Source: Mobula birostris
Lineage: Eukaryota
DNA: 64,000 bases
Assembly: GCF_030028105.1 (NCBI RefSeq)
Contig: NC_092399.1
Location: forward strand, 24,200,881-24,264,880
Direction of reading: 5' to 3'
Positions 13,230 to 26,185 of the stretch are shown one piece after another. Under the pieces are notes generated by a model, which was given only the letters and a program-made list of their open reading frames with translations, did not search any database and was not told the origin of the DNA. The position numbers and the translations under genes are program-made. Positions within the stretch are counted from its first letter, which is position 1, and every line of letters begins with the position of its first letter.

Positions 13230-13485
13230 ACTTGTGGAGTTCACGCGTAGCGATGGTACTCCTGGAAGGAGGGTGAGGCCGTACATCATCGATCTGAGCT
13301 CTGCCAATGGCACCTATCTTAACAATCAGCGCATTGAAGTCCAGCGATACTATGAACTCCGAGAAAAGGATGTGCTGAAGTTTGGTTTCAGTAGCAGGGA
13401 ATATGTCATTTTGCACGAGTTCTCAGATACTGCTGAGGTGGATGCAAAACAAGAACAGGATGATGATGAAGAAGTTGAAAGTTAA
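13230..13485 (+). CDS. SNIP1: SNIP1 final coding exon (FHA domain C-terminal half)
   Basis: Acceptor ttttctcttcgtag|A; encodes LVEFTRSDGTPGRRVRPYIIDLSSANGTYLNNQRIEVQRYYELREKDVLKFGFSSREYVILHE...; TAA at 13483-13485; joined CDS 225+608+256 = 1089 nt. Confidence 0.97.
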
Positions 13486-15847
13486 TGTTTAAAAGAAAAC
13501 CTCTGTCTGCATATCCACTTCCCCTTGTAGTTGAATGGTTATGCTATAATTGGAAGGACCAATGGACATTTGACCACTTTTGTTTTTTCTGTTGAAGTGA
13601 AGCCAACAGCGAGTGCATATTGACTCTCATACTGGGGCTCCAGATCAACTTGTGTTTGAATTGCAGCCTGACTAACAGGATTGAACATGAAATCCCTTCA
13701 GACCAAACATTTAAGGTTCTATTTTGCAGTTGACTTTTCATATGTTGCAATCTGGTTCTTTGACTTCAGTATGGCATTCAGGAAGCTTGTAGCAAAGCCC
13801 ATGGAATTGCTGCATAGATTTTACCAAGCAGCTGCAAAAGGGCTCTAATTAACTATGTAGGAAGACACGATTGTTTTTATTGGTGTTTATTAGTTTCAAG
13901 TTATTTAGTGGAGAGCAATGAACTCCATGAGCAAGTTTACCAGTGGGCTCTGGTCTGAGGATGTCAGACAACAAGTTGTCATATGGCTGTTTCATCTTTT
14001 ATACATCTGTCGGCTTTTGCGAGCTTTGACATGTTTGGTTGCAAGTCTCAAGCCTTTAATTTTTCTAACTGAAAATTGTGCGCAGTGTCCTTTATAATTT
14101 AAAGCTCTTTACATCAAATTTCAGATGCCTCCTGCATTTGAATTAATGGTAAAAATGAGCAGAACTTTTTTTTGTCTGAAAATTATCTTTAACCTTGTGT
14201 TAAAATGTAAGGTGCTTTATTTTCTCACAGGGTTTATCTTTCTAATTTTGATTTTATGTTACTGTTTTGGTTAACGGGTGGGAAAGCGGGGATTCTATTG
14301 CTAGTAATATATGATGTTCAGTTATATAAATGCTCCAACAAGGCAAGAGATTTTTGGTTAAAGGTTTTTTTTTTAATCTGCCAGCAATGAATTGTTGTTT
14401 TGAATGACATTGAGGAGCAGGAAGTAATAGGAACCTCACAAACTCCTACATAGTAAACCTTGCAATCTAACCCTCTGCGTCTTGGTATTGATCCATCACA
14501 TTTTGATTTGGATACAGTCACAAATGCAGCTGTACCTGTGCACAGTGAAAATGACATGCCAAGGGCATTGACCAACTGGAGCATTAAACATTAATTTCAA
14601 ATTATACTGTGTCTAATACTTTCATTAAATGTGTACTTTCTACTGAAACTTTCTTTATATAATCAACTGAATTCCTGGATGTACAGTAATTCAATCAATT
14701 TTAATTGAGGCATAGATCAAATTAATTTAAATCTATGTACAGTTTGTCAGTAGTTGAAAATCATCAATTTTACCCACCACCTGAGCTTGGAGTCTTTCAG
14801 CTGGCAGTATAATCTAATTTTGGTCTGTAAAATTCTTGAATTAGAGGAAGAGTTAGTATGAATTGTGTGGTTCAAAAACGCAGCTATATTCTATTCCTAC
14901 AAGTGTTTCTGACATCTTGCAGTAAGAGACATATTCCACCAACATTCATTTTGATCTTTAGTAGCTCTTGTTAAAGCCCATGGACCCAGAATGTTAACCC
15001 TGTGCCTCTCTCCACAGACTCTGTCTGACTTAATGAGTGTTTACCGGCAAATTCTGTTTTTAAGTAACTTACATTATGTTGATGGACTGTCCAGTTAAGA
15101 TGCCTGGATGTCTAGGACGTATAACTGCATCTACCCATCTACCACCTCCATCATAACTGCTTGGAATGAAGATAGTCATTTATAAATGACAGTGGTTGGG
15201 GCAGGAATGCAATCGAATTCAGTTGGCTTTATTGATTTGCATTTCTAATTCACCTATTGCATTGGTTTTCTTTTGAAGAGGTTTTTAACTCCCACGACAA
15301 AAAGAGTTTGATGTTGAGAGACAGGGATGCTACATGTGGCATCTAAATAGTGCATTCTTCACAAAATATTAGGAAGGCAGGTAATGAAAAATTAATGCTT
15401 TTATATCTGTGTAATTACACTGACATGTGTAGGCCTTGGAAACAACCATTAAGGAAAAGTCTTTTTCTTTACTTAAATTTGTTGCTAATAAATGTGTCTG
15501 CAAAATTGTTCATAGATTTTCATACCAAAGGGCTCAACTTTACCCCATCTGTAGTGCAGTTGTATAGTCAAGTCAAGTTGTTGCTAAGCAACAGGAGGTG
15601 ATAATGAGCAGTGACACAAGCCTACCTTTTGCCACAATTTACTATTAAATGGAAAGCTGTTTTAAAATACTGCTCAAAGTTATATTTTGTTGTATAAAAA
15701 ATACTGGTGTTCTGTAGATTGTAATACTGACTTTGTTACAATCACTCCTATGTTTTTTGGCAGTCTGTTTAATTTTTAGTAAAGTAGATTTCCAACAATA
15801 TTTTGCATGTGTTGAGTGCCTTTATTATGACGTTGCTTTTGGTTTAA

Positions 15848-15853
15848 AATAAA
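15848..15853 (+). terminator. Candidate SNIP1 polyadenylation signal AATAAA
   Basis: Ends an AU-rich, largely repeat-free 3' UTR-like tract and is followed by GT-rich sequence; an alternative AATAAA lies at 15487. Confidence 0.5.
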
Positions 15854-16634
15854 ATGCTCACTTGATTTTAAAAAACAAATTATGAGCTGTGGCTTTGGTG
15901 GCAGTGTGTGGTCAGATATAGTATGTGGTTATGCTGCTTCAGCTGTTAAAGTGAGCTAAGATTAACCAAATCTGTTCTATTTGAGTACTCCCAACGGGCT
16001 GTAAGTAGTCACTATTTAGGTAATTATTGAAGGTCAGTAGCTTTTTATATATCCTTCATGAAAAATATTTGTTTGCCTATTTGCTTTTAAGAATTAGAAC
16101 ACACTGACTCATTGCAGGTGGAGAGTTCTATGATGTCCAAGTGCCATTTGTAAGACCAGGTTGCCAGTACTGGCCCATTTATTGCTACATTTAACCCAAC
16201 ATGATTCTCCAGCTCAGAAAATTGGATCATTTGTGGAGGTGGACTGACTTATCTCTTTCCAGGCTAAAGCTTCGCTTCTAGTCTCTTAACATTTAGGTTT
16301 TTGCTTTTTAACTCACAAGTTGGTAGAACTACATTTTAGGATGTGAATTTTTAAAACACATACAAAACATTAAAGCGTGTGCAGAGTATCTTCGTTCTCT
16401 CATTGAATGTGAGTACAATGGGCAAGACCAGTAATTAATTTCCACCCCCTAATGACACTCAAGATGAGCTGTTGTGTAAAGATTGGTCCAAATTATTAGT
16501 TTGCAGAGTCATATTAGCAGACAATGATAAATTAAACACGGTTTTCTCTTTCTGGGGTCACATACAGCTCAGACTTGGTGACAAAATCATTTTGCAGAAT
16601 GCACCTTCACTGAAGCTCTCACGCAAGTACGAAG

Positions 16635-17610
16635 CATAGATGGCTGATAGGCAGGTGGTGAAGGGCGGAAATAGCTGCCGGTGACTGGTGTTCAGCAGGG
16701 GTCGGTGTTGGGACTGCTTCTTTTCACATTACGTGTCGTTGATTCGGGTGACAGAATTGTTGACTTTGTGGCTAAGTTTGCAGACGATACACATATTGAT
16801 GAAGGGGCAGGTGGTGTTGAGGAAGCAGGGAGTCTGCAGAAGGAGTTGGATGAAGAGAATGGAAAGATATGGCAAGTGGAGTATAGTGTAAGGAAGGGTA
16901 TGGTTAATACACTTTGTAGAAAGAATAAAAGCACAGATATTCTAAATGGGGTGAAAATTCAGAAATCAGAGCTGCAAAGGATCTGCGGAGTAATCAAGCA
17001 GGGTTAACTTGCAGGTTGAGTCAGTGGTAAGGTAGGCAAATGCAATCTTAGCATTTATTTTGACAAGATTAGAAAATGAAAATGAGGAAGTAATGCTGAG
17101 GCTTTGGAGCATTGTAATCTGTTTTGAGCCCTTTACCTGAGAAAAGATGTGCTAGCATTGGAGAGGGTCCAAAAGCAGGTGCACTACAATGATTCTGGCT
17201 GTGAAAGGGTTATCATATGAGGAGAGTTTGATAGCTCTGGGCCTGTACTAACTGGAGTTCGAAAGAATGAGGTGAGATCTCATTAAAACCTATTGAGTAT
17301 TGAAAGACCTAGATATAGTGGATGTGGAGAGGTTGTTTCCTATCACAGCCTCCAAATAGAGGGTTGTTCCTTTAGAACAGAAATGAGGCATTTCTTTAGC
17401 TAGAGGATAGTGAATCTGTAGAATTCATTGCCAGAGATGGCTGTAGAGGCCAAATCATTGGTTATATGATTTAAGGGAAGTAGATAGATTCTTCGTTTGT
17501 CATGGTGTCAAAGGTGGCTGGGAGAATGGGTTTGAGAGGGATAGTAAATCAGTCGTGATGGAATGACAGAGCAGACTGGATGGGCTGAATGGCCTAATTC
17601 TGCTAAGTCT
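16635..17610 (+). mobile_element. Degenerate CR1 ORF2 3' fragment
   Basis: TGVQQGSVLGLLLF, AKFADDT motifs; CR1-like 3' end. Confidence 0.85.
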
Positions 17611-18449
17611 GATGGGATATCTGCAACTGAATGCTGCTGATGTGGGGTATATTGTCAGGGACTTGTTGAATTTTGGTGCAGCCACTGCAACAGCTCTGGG
17701 GGGAAAGACCACGGACTATGGTCCTGGCTGAATGCAGAGGGGCTGTGTCCGTGTAATAATCTCATAGGTTATGCTGACTGAATGCTTGGAGATGAGACAT
17801 TAGTGACACTAACACATCAGATTGCTCAGTACAGTGAATAAAGTTGATAATGTACTGATCATCTGACTGCATATTTTGGGCACATGGAATAAAACAATTC
17901 ACCCTAGGCTAGATGAGAATTGCAGATCTCTCCCAAAATACACATTAGATAACCAAATAAATTCACTGGACATTTTTTCCCCATGCATCATTTCCAAGAT
18001 TAGATTTTTAAGTCCCAATACAGTATATTTAATTAACTAAATTCAAAGTTCCAGACTGTCATGCTGGGACTTAAACATCTCTGGATTCTTATAACTTAAC
18101 AGGGTTGCTTCATTAACAAAGTGGACAACTTGCTTTTGAATCACCATTGTCGTAGCCAATCATTGAACACAGGTTGACAATATATGTCAGAATTGAATGT
18201 AAGATCGTGGGAGGGAGGTGTAAGATTTAAAGTTATTTATTACAGTTCCATGAAAAGGTTTTGAGGCTTTATTTAAAGAATATACCATGCCTTCCAGGTT
18301 TTGACATGTACTAGGGGGGCTCCAATCATCCTTGTCCACAACACGTAGCACCTTGGTCACACATCGATGAATCTGGTAGTCAGCAGAGGGAAGAGTACTG
18401 CGTGCCAACATATGGGATGACCCGTACTGGGCTCATTTTACAGATTCAA

Positions 18450-18960
18450 TCATAAAGAAAGTGTGCCAGTGTCTATTTTCTTAAGAACTTCCGCTTATCA
18501 TTGGACCCAAACAAACTTCCATAAATAGATGAACTAGTTGGCTGGTATGGCAATTTGAAGGTCAGGAATGTACTGTAAAAGGCAGCAAAGAGCGGTGTGG
18601 TGGACTCTGCTTAATAAATCATGGGCACATCCCTCCCCACCACTGGTAACAGGCTGGAGGCACTGCCTCAGGAGGGTGGCATCTATTGTCAGTGATCTTC
18701 AGCAAATTATGACTGCCATCAGTGTAACCTGAAGTCCCCCACCACCAGTTCAAGAACAGCTAATTCCCTTCAGCTATTCAGTTCTTGAATTAACTGCCAA
18801 AAATGTAATGATTGCAGTTGAAGAACACTGTGATCATTTTGACCACTTTGCCCAAAATAGGCTTAATTTTTTGTTTTAATTATGTTCTCTTGTAAAATTT
18901 GTGTATAATTTATGTTTAGTTTATGATTTGTTTCTTCTGAATGCTGCTTACAAATGCTAA
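18450..18960 (+). mobile_element. Degenerate Rex/Babar- or L2-like LINE 3' fragment
   Basis: Similar to the 1100-1430 fragment. Confidence 0.45.
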
Positions 18961-19140
18961 GCAACACACACAGAATGCTGGAGGAACTCAACAAGTCAGG
19001 CAGCATCTATTGGAAATGAATAAAGAGTCGCTGTTTCCAGCCGAGACCTTCCTTTGGGACAGTTTCTGACAAAAGTGAAGGTGGTGAGAATGGGAACCAT
19101 TCGGGGAGGGGTGAATTTCAGTGGAACCAGATGGGAGGTG
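18960..19140 (-). mobile_element. Penelope pLTR fragment
   Basis: gcaacacacacagaatgctggaggaactca matches the reverse complement of the pLTR. Confidence 0.65.
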
Positions 19141-19209
19141 AGGGAGAAACGTGTATGATGTGTGTGGATGGACAAATTTGAGTTGTTTTATTTGGAGAGC
19201 CGCAGATTG

Positions 19210-19415
19210 AGGTGTAGGAGCGAGGGGATCTCAAAGGTGTTCGTAAAATTATGAGAGGCATAGATAGTGTAGGCAGCCATTATCTTTTCCCCAGTGTTAA
19301 ACCGGTATATGCAGGCAGAAGATATTAGATGTCATTAACATTACTAGTTCAGCACAACATTGTGGCCCGAAGAGTTTGTTCCTGTGCTTTAATGGTCTAT
19401 ATCCTATGTATTCTA
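19210..19415 (+). mobile_element. CR1 3' fragment
   Basis: Degenerate ORF2 end and tctat-type tail. Confidence 0.55.
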
Positions 19416-20398
19416 TATACTGTATGCTAAAATATATATTCTTTGACCATATCTTCCCAGTTGTATTTTATGAGATTTGTGACAGCATGTAGCAAGAGAA
19501 CCTTTTGTGCTTCATTGTTGTCTATCAGAGTTAGTACATCACATATAAAGTCTATGAACCGAGTGCCGATCATTAACAAATGCTCATTTCTTGTCTCCTA
19601 ATCATTCCTTGATCTTCCTAATGCCCGTTCGCGGGGAAGGTATAGTTAGCTTGCACACAGAGGTGGACGCAATGTCATCACTGCACCAGGACCCTGTACT
19701 ATTATTTCCACTGTGATGACTGGTTGTCTGTTTTAAATTAGGTTGTGCATTAGGCAGAACGGTTCTTGCAGCCCCGCATTCTAAAACCCCAAATCGTGTT
19801 CAGCTTCCAGCGGAAACTTCAGAATATCTGATCTGATGTATTTCCCCTCAGTTTCTTCTAGATTCGACTTCTGTTCTAACATTCAAGTCATTACGTGACA
19901 ATTTCCAAAAGATTTCAGCTATTATTATTATCAAGAGCAAATTTGGACATGCTTTACTTATTCATAAATTATATTTAAAATACATCAAATTCTGTTTTCC
20001 ACGAGGACAGTTGATTGACAGTTGATTGAAAGATCAGGTTTTTACCGTGAAGATTCTGTGTGCAATACACTTTCTCTGTGGTTATTGCATTCCGGTCTAT
20101 TCTGTTGTTATTTTACCTTTACTCCCTCAGAGCACCGTGTGATTATTTGACCTGTTTGAACAGTACGCAAAACAAGATTTTCAAAGTACCTCGGTGCATG
20201 TGACAATGATAAACCAATTCTACCTCCAATTTCAAAGAAATAATTTTCTTTCATGTAATTGTGTACAGCCTTCTGCTCTGCAGTATTCTGAAGTGCTTTT
20301 ATTCTTTGCGAACATTTCTGCCACTGTCTACCACAAGCAAATGGGATTTTTAGTGTATATTATTATCCTTTGAAAGGCCCTTGTAACAGGTTCCTTAA

Positions 20399-20927
20399 GG
20401 TTGTTATAGCCGGGGGTGGTAATGGGGACAAGCTCCCACTACCTATTGAATATTTCCAATGGCATGCACCTCAAATAGCCTCTGACAACCAAGTCCAGCT
20501 CCTGGCCTTCATGTGTGGCTTAGCTACTAATGTCGATGGAACCATTTCTACTGACAGGAGAAGGGGCAAAGGCAGGTTACTGGCGTCTTAATATCAGTTG
20601 CTTTAGTCAGGTGGGGCTCGTCAGCCGTGGCTGGCTTCTCAACAGGGAGAAGGAAAACTCTGATCGCAAACCTCCGCAGCCATGTGGCCATGCCCGCTTG
20701 TGGGGATGGCTTTGGGAGTAAACCCCAAGGGGAAAAAATCTGGAGCTGCAGTCCCTAAGGCAATCCTATGTTAAGATTTGGTGATTCCTGTGATGCTGCT
20801 GGTGCCAAGCGCCACTGGTCTCTGCCGTTCCTGGGGAGGGGCAGCTTGCTCTCCATAGTGCCCAGGCTTTCATATCCAGACAGCTTGGACACAACATCCA
20901 TTGTCAAGCCTGACCTTACGGAAACCC
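20399..20927 (+). mobile_element. Non-autonomous retroelement, RTE-like family 1, copy A
   Basis: Second copy at 12173-12603; imperfect flanking duplication (tgtaacaggttccttaag / tgtaacgttcttaag); no long ORF. Confidence 0.6.
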
Positions 20928-21609
20928 TGTAACGTTCTTAAGACAAAGTAAATGAAATGGCACCTCTAAGTGATTGGCAGATATTGGCTTTGAAGTACTG
21001 TAGTTTTAAGGGCTTTTTATTAGTTGAAATTGCCCTACATCTTAGGTCTGCTGCCAAACGGTGTTAATTTTTTTTCTGAATGTTGATTTACATTTAAGGT
21101 GGTCTATTGAGTTTGCCTGTTATTCTGAATTGAAGTAATATCCATGAAAATTGCCGCATTTTCTGCCTGATGATGATGCTTGAGCTGCCACTAGTATTGC
21201 CCATAATCCCACATCGTCCAGTGCCTACTGTATTTGAATGGAAAATTAGCCACTCTAGATGATATTGTAATGGGATGCTAAATTTCTAATAAAACCAAAT
21301 GAAGATTAGGCAGGGAGTCCCCGTGTCAGCTACAACTGCTTAAAATGAGCAGTTTTGCACTACGGTGTAAGGACTTCTGGTTAGAAACTGCCACCTTTCT
21401 GCCAAGACCTTGTTGCCAACTGGTGCTGAAGTCAGATCCCCAGGGTTCAACCAATGGGAGCATGGTCTTCAGAGCTAATAAATCCGTCCACAGTAACTGG
21501 GAGCTCTTGTGAATACAGGGCCAAATCTCCAGGTTCTCACACAATGCTGCCTCTGTACCAGGATACAGACCAGGCTTAGTCCTGGTCCTCTTCTAGATCT
21601 GGACCCAGA

Positions 21610-21849
21610 GGCTTTACAGTACCAGCAACCTGAGTTCAATTCCTGCCGCTGGCTGTAAGGAGTTTGTACGTTCTCCCCGTGATCATATGGGTTTACTCTG
21701 GGTGCTCCAGTTTCCTCCCACAGTCCAAAGAAGTACTGGTTTGTGGGTTAATTGATCATTGTAAGTTGTCCGATGATTAGGCTGGGGTTAAATCAGGGGT
21801 TGCTGAGTGGCCAGAAAGTCCTATTCCACGCTGTATCTCAATAAATAAA
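21610..21849 (+). mobile_element. tRNA-derived SINE (V-SINE-type core), 5'-truncated
   Basis: B box gagttcaattcc; core ggagtttgtacgttctccccgtg...ttcctcccacag; aataaa tail. Confidence 0.8.
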
Positions 21850-21917
21850 CTTGATGAGAGTGTGTAATAATAAACAGCAGAGCCTTATGGAAATGAGCCC
21901 ATACTCATTTCATATTG

Positions 21918-22189
21918 GAGTGACACAGTAGCATAGTGGTTAGCACAATGCTGTACAGCATCAGCCACCCAGGTTCAATTCCGGCACTGCCCGTAAGGAG
22001 TTTGTACGTTCTCCCCGTAACCGCGTGGGTTTCCTCCGGGTGCTCCCACAGTCCAAAGACAGAATCCGTTAGTAGGTCGATTGGTCATTGTAAATCACCC
22101 GTGATTAGGGCAGGGTTAAATCAGGGGTGGCTTGGGGCGGGCATGGTGTGGAGGGCCTGTTTCGTCCGCACTGTATCTCAGTAAATAAA
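21918..22189 (+). mobile_element. tRNA-derived SINE (V-SINE-type core)
   Basis: A box tagcatagtggtt, B box ggttcaattcc, same core and tail as the adjacent copy. Confidence 0.85.
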
Positions 22190-22497
22190 GGTCTGTCATG
22201 CATGAATATATGATGAGCAAGTTGGTGCGATGTCATTGAATGAGCCACACCGAGACCAGAGCTGTTAATGTAAAAAGTCTTCATTTCCGAACAACAACAG
22301 ACTCTGTAGAGACATGGGGGAAGAAAATACATAGTGGTATAACTCTCTTTGTCACAACCTAGCAGCAGGTGATTGAATGCATTAAGGTGTTGTAATTATA
22401 TATCTTACTCCAATATCTCTGGGAGGAGAGAAAGACTATTACATATTAACAATGGGAGCCTACCCCAATTGACAAAAACTCCTCTGAATATTCAGAT

Positions 22498-22705
22498 ATC
22501 ATTGTTTGGAAGCTGGACACACACCCAAAACAAGCCTCTTTTAAAGCATTGCTTTAATAATGGTTCTTTGCAAACAATGGCATCTATTTGACTAACACCA
22601 ATAATTTAATTGAATATCACTTTTTGGAAAACTGCTTCTTGTTTCCAATAATGAGCTTACTGATGGCGGTACATCTCCCTCACCATGGTGCCAGACTTCC
22701 TGAGC
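22498..22705 (+). repeat. Direct repeat, copy 1 (208 bp)
   Basis: About 95% identical to 23604-23809. Confidence 0.95.
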
Positions 22706-22707
22706 TT

Positions 22708-23603
22708 AGAGAGATAGATAGATAGATATACTTTATTGATCCCGAGGGAAATTGGGTTTCGTTACAGCCGCACCAACCAAGAATAGAGCATAAATATAGC
22801 AATACAAAAACCATAAACAAACAACAAAATGCAAACTATGCCAGACGGAAAATGAGTCCAGGACCAGTCTATTGGTTCAGGGTGTCTGACCCTCCACGGG
22901 AGGAGCTGCAAGTTCGATGGCCACAGGCAGGAACGACCTCCCGTGCCGCCCAGTCTTGTATCTCGGTGGAATATGGCCAAAGTCCACCAGTAAAAAGTTC
23001 AATATCCGGTCTACAAACATGTTCCTCGATCGTAATATGACTCGGATTACACCATCTGTTGTTAACCAGAACAGTAAGCACTCAACTCCTTTACACTTAC
23101 CACTCTCAGTGCACTTCCGGTCAGCCCGAACGGTCTGGAAGCCGTCCATGGAAAGGATTTGATCAGGTATGTCCTCGTGCAGCCCCGTTCCAGTGAAACA
23201 CATCACACTGCACTCCCGAAATGTTCTCTGACGCCTGGCTAGCGCCGAGAACTCGTCCATTTTATTACCCACCGAACTCCTCTTCTCCATAAGTCTCTGT
23301 TGTCTCGACCCGGTCCTCTTTCCTCGACTTTGTGATCCCCCTCTGCATCCTCTGTGTGTTTTCCTCCAGATTTCAGCAGGGGTGTCCACCGCTCTGCTCG
23401 CTAAACCAGCCGACATTAGCGCAAGCAGCTAATCCCTGGAATAAACAATGCGACCATGCTTCTGCCCCACTAATGAGATGTGTCGGAATGTAACTATTTC
23501 AGCACTAAAAACCCAAATAAAACTCTCTCTACCAGCATGTTAGAGAGCGTGCAGCTTCAACGTGTTACCATGAAAAAAAAATACAAAAAATAACATAACG
23601 TAA
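22708..23603 (-). mobile_element. Internally deleted (bipartite) Rex/Babar-like LINE
   Basis: 5' UTR and endonuclease start (FRECSVMCFT...GFQTVRADR...VNNRWC) fused near 22972 to a 3' end like that of 4391-4650; (ATCT)n tail. Confidence 0.8.
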
Positions 23604-23809
23604 ATCATTGTTTGGAAGCCGGACACACACCCAAAACAGCCTCTTTTAAAGCATTGCTTTCATAATGGCTCTTTGCAAACAATGGCATCTATTTGATTAA
23701 CACCAATAATTTAATTGAATATCACTTTTTGGAAAACTGCTTCTTGTTTCCAATAATGAGCTTACTGATGGCGGTCTTCTTCCTCACCATGGCACCAGAC
23801 TTCCTGAGC
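23604..23809 (+). repeat. Direct repeat, copy 2 (206 bp)
   Basis: Matches 22498-22705. Confidence 0.95.
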
Positions 23810-24049
23810 CTGGGGGCTGTGTGTGTTTGCATACTCCGTCTATTTCCTCCAGCTGCTCTGTTTTCTTTCCATATCCCAATGGCAACATGTTAGATGAATT
23901 GGCTACTGAAAATTGTCCCTTAATATAGCTAAATGATAAAAGAATCAACAGGGGGAGCCGGTGAGCATATGAGAGAATGAATTGCAGGGAATAATTCACT
24001 AAGAAATGGGACTGATAGGACCATTCTGCTGAGAGCCGCCCTACTGTTG

Positions 24050-26185
24050 GTCTGGATGCTGGGGATTTGGTTCGGAGGGGCCGAGGCATGCAACAAGAAC
24101 TGGCAGGAGTGGACTGCCAAGGTGAAACAGAAACCGGGACGGTGGGGAGGGTGCTCCCTGTCGATAACGGGCAAGAACTTGGTCACCAGGTGTGAGGTGC
24201 TCTCAGGGCTGCTGTACTTGGTGCAGGTGTGGCCCGTCCCCTGCCCCTACAGCTCGGAAATCACCCAAGCTGTCTTCAGATTCATCTGGGGATCCAAGAT
24301 GGAGCGGGTCAGACGGACCGTCATGCACAAGTCCCTGGACAATGCGGGCAAGAACGTCCCCAGTGTCGCCCTCACCCTGATGGCCAGCTTTGTGTGTGGC
24401 TGCATCAGGCTGTGCGTGGATCCCAGATACGTGGGCACAAAGTACCACTATGTGCCCAGGTTCTACTTGTCGCCCTGGCTACGAAGGATGGGTCTGGCCC
24501 CTTTCCTGTGCAACACCCCTGTCAGCTGGTCGTTGCCTCCATACCTGTCCTTCATAGAAAAGTTCTTCCAGGCCAACGCCTTTGACCACAAGGCAATTAG
24601 ACAGCGGTTGGCATGTAATGTCCTGCAGGAGAAGGATGAGATGGATTCAATGGGGTGGTTCCCTGAGCAGTATATCTGGCAGGAGGAGACAGAAGCAGCG
24701 CACCGTGTGTGCACAGCCCTCCGGTGAAAAATGATATCGTATCTGTAAAATAGGGGCCGTGGACAATCCTGATTTGATGGAGAATGGACGTGAAAGCACA
24801 GAGGAACATCTGGAAAAATTTCTGAAACGCTCGTTCGCTGCTGTCGTTACTGCGCGGTCAGGAATCTTTCGGAGGGAAGGTCTCAAAATCTCCGGCTTTG
24901 CCTACTGTTGGCGACCGAGATGGAGGTCGAATCGTTCGGATAGAGATGGCGCTCAGTACTCGGTGTCTGAGAGCTGATCAGAGCTTGAAGTTTTCGGACA
25001 ACTCAGAGTTGGACAGTGGTCGGGTATGGCAGGGAGAGTTTTTCCACCTTCTCCCGTCTGCGTGAGATGTGGGACATTTGAGAGACTTTGAACTCTTTAC
25101 TGTGCTCATGGACTTTTCTTCATCAAGTTATGGTATTGTTGCACTGTTGTAACTATATGTTATAATTATGTCGTTTTGTTAGTTTTTTTTCAGTCTTGGC
25201 CTGTCCTGTGTTTTGTGATATCACACCGGAGGAAATATTGTATCATTTCTTAGTGCATGCATTACTAAATGACAATAAAAGAGGACTGCGTGTCTTCATA
25301 ATCTAAATTGCCTCATCGCCAGACCTCACAAACAGGCACAAAGACCTCGCCTGGCTGGCGGTGTGAGGCGCCCTCCCAGTCAGATCCCTCCTGTACGCCC
25401 AGAACGTCATCTCCACACCCCATTGCCCGCGGGAGGACTGTAATGGGGTGGAGTGAGTGACTCACCTCTTTGTACGCTGTGGGTTCGCGAAGAAGGTGTG
25501 GAGGAGGATGGAAGGGACGGTGTTAAGATTCATGCCCAGCAGCTGCATTACTGAGGACTCCGTAATCTACGGGCTGTTCCTGGGGACACACACGGAGACA
25601 AACATCCGATGTTGCTGGCAGATCATCAATTCGGTGAAAGATGCTCTTTGGTCTGCCCGAAACTTGTTGGTCTACCAGCACATGGAGATGTCTGTGACTG
25701 AATGCTGCCGACTGGCTCATTTTTGCCTGCAGGAGTACGTGTTGACGGATGCACTCAAACTTGGTGCAGTCACCGCAAAGGCCCAGTGGGGAAGGACCAC
25801 AGTTTAAGGTTCGTTACCCGTGGGAGTGGGAGGGGTTGGGTGGGGAGGAGAACACCCCTCATCAGTGGTGTGGATAGATGAATCAACATGGTGCCCCAGG
25901 AGTGGCTGGAATTGTCACTTTGGAAAAGGAATTAGAGCCAACACTGTTTTTTTTATTGTTAATAATTTTATTGTAAATAAGTCTTAATTCTTGACTAAGG
26001 TTTGAGAGTCAACGAACGATCTATTGTAAACATCTTTCATTTGAATATGGACTGAGAGTCAACGCATAATTTTATTGTAAATAACTTTATTTATTGAAAA
26101 AGGACTGAGAGTCAACAAATGTTTTTTTATGTAAATAACTTTATTTTGTAATATTTCTGAATAAAGTATTTTTAGAGAAAGAAAA
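24050..26185 (+). mobile_element. 5'-truncated Tx1-like (L1 clade) LINE, interrupted by an insertion
   Basis: LGIWFG...SLSITGKNLV...FRFIWGSKMERV; zf-RVT-like CPREDC...THLFVRCGFAKKVW; AATAAA and A-rich tail. Confidence 0.85.
24683..25305 (+). mobile_element. Non-autonomous LINE-derived element inserted into the Tx1 ORF2
   Basis: Tx1 sequence (atctggcag / attgcctcatcg) resumes after it; ends aataaaagaggactgcgtgtcttcataatctaa. Confidence 0.65.

Noticed and set aside
21918-21990. tRNA genes at SINE heads
   Set aside because: A and B boxes run into SINE core and tail; no complete cloverleaf
22498-23809. LTR retrotransposon or TRIM interpretation of the direct repeats
   Set aside because: No TG...CA termini, PBS or PPT seen; the interior is a LINE derivative with its own tail
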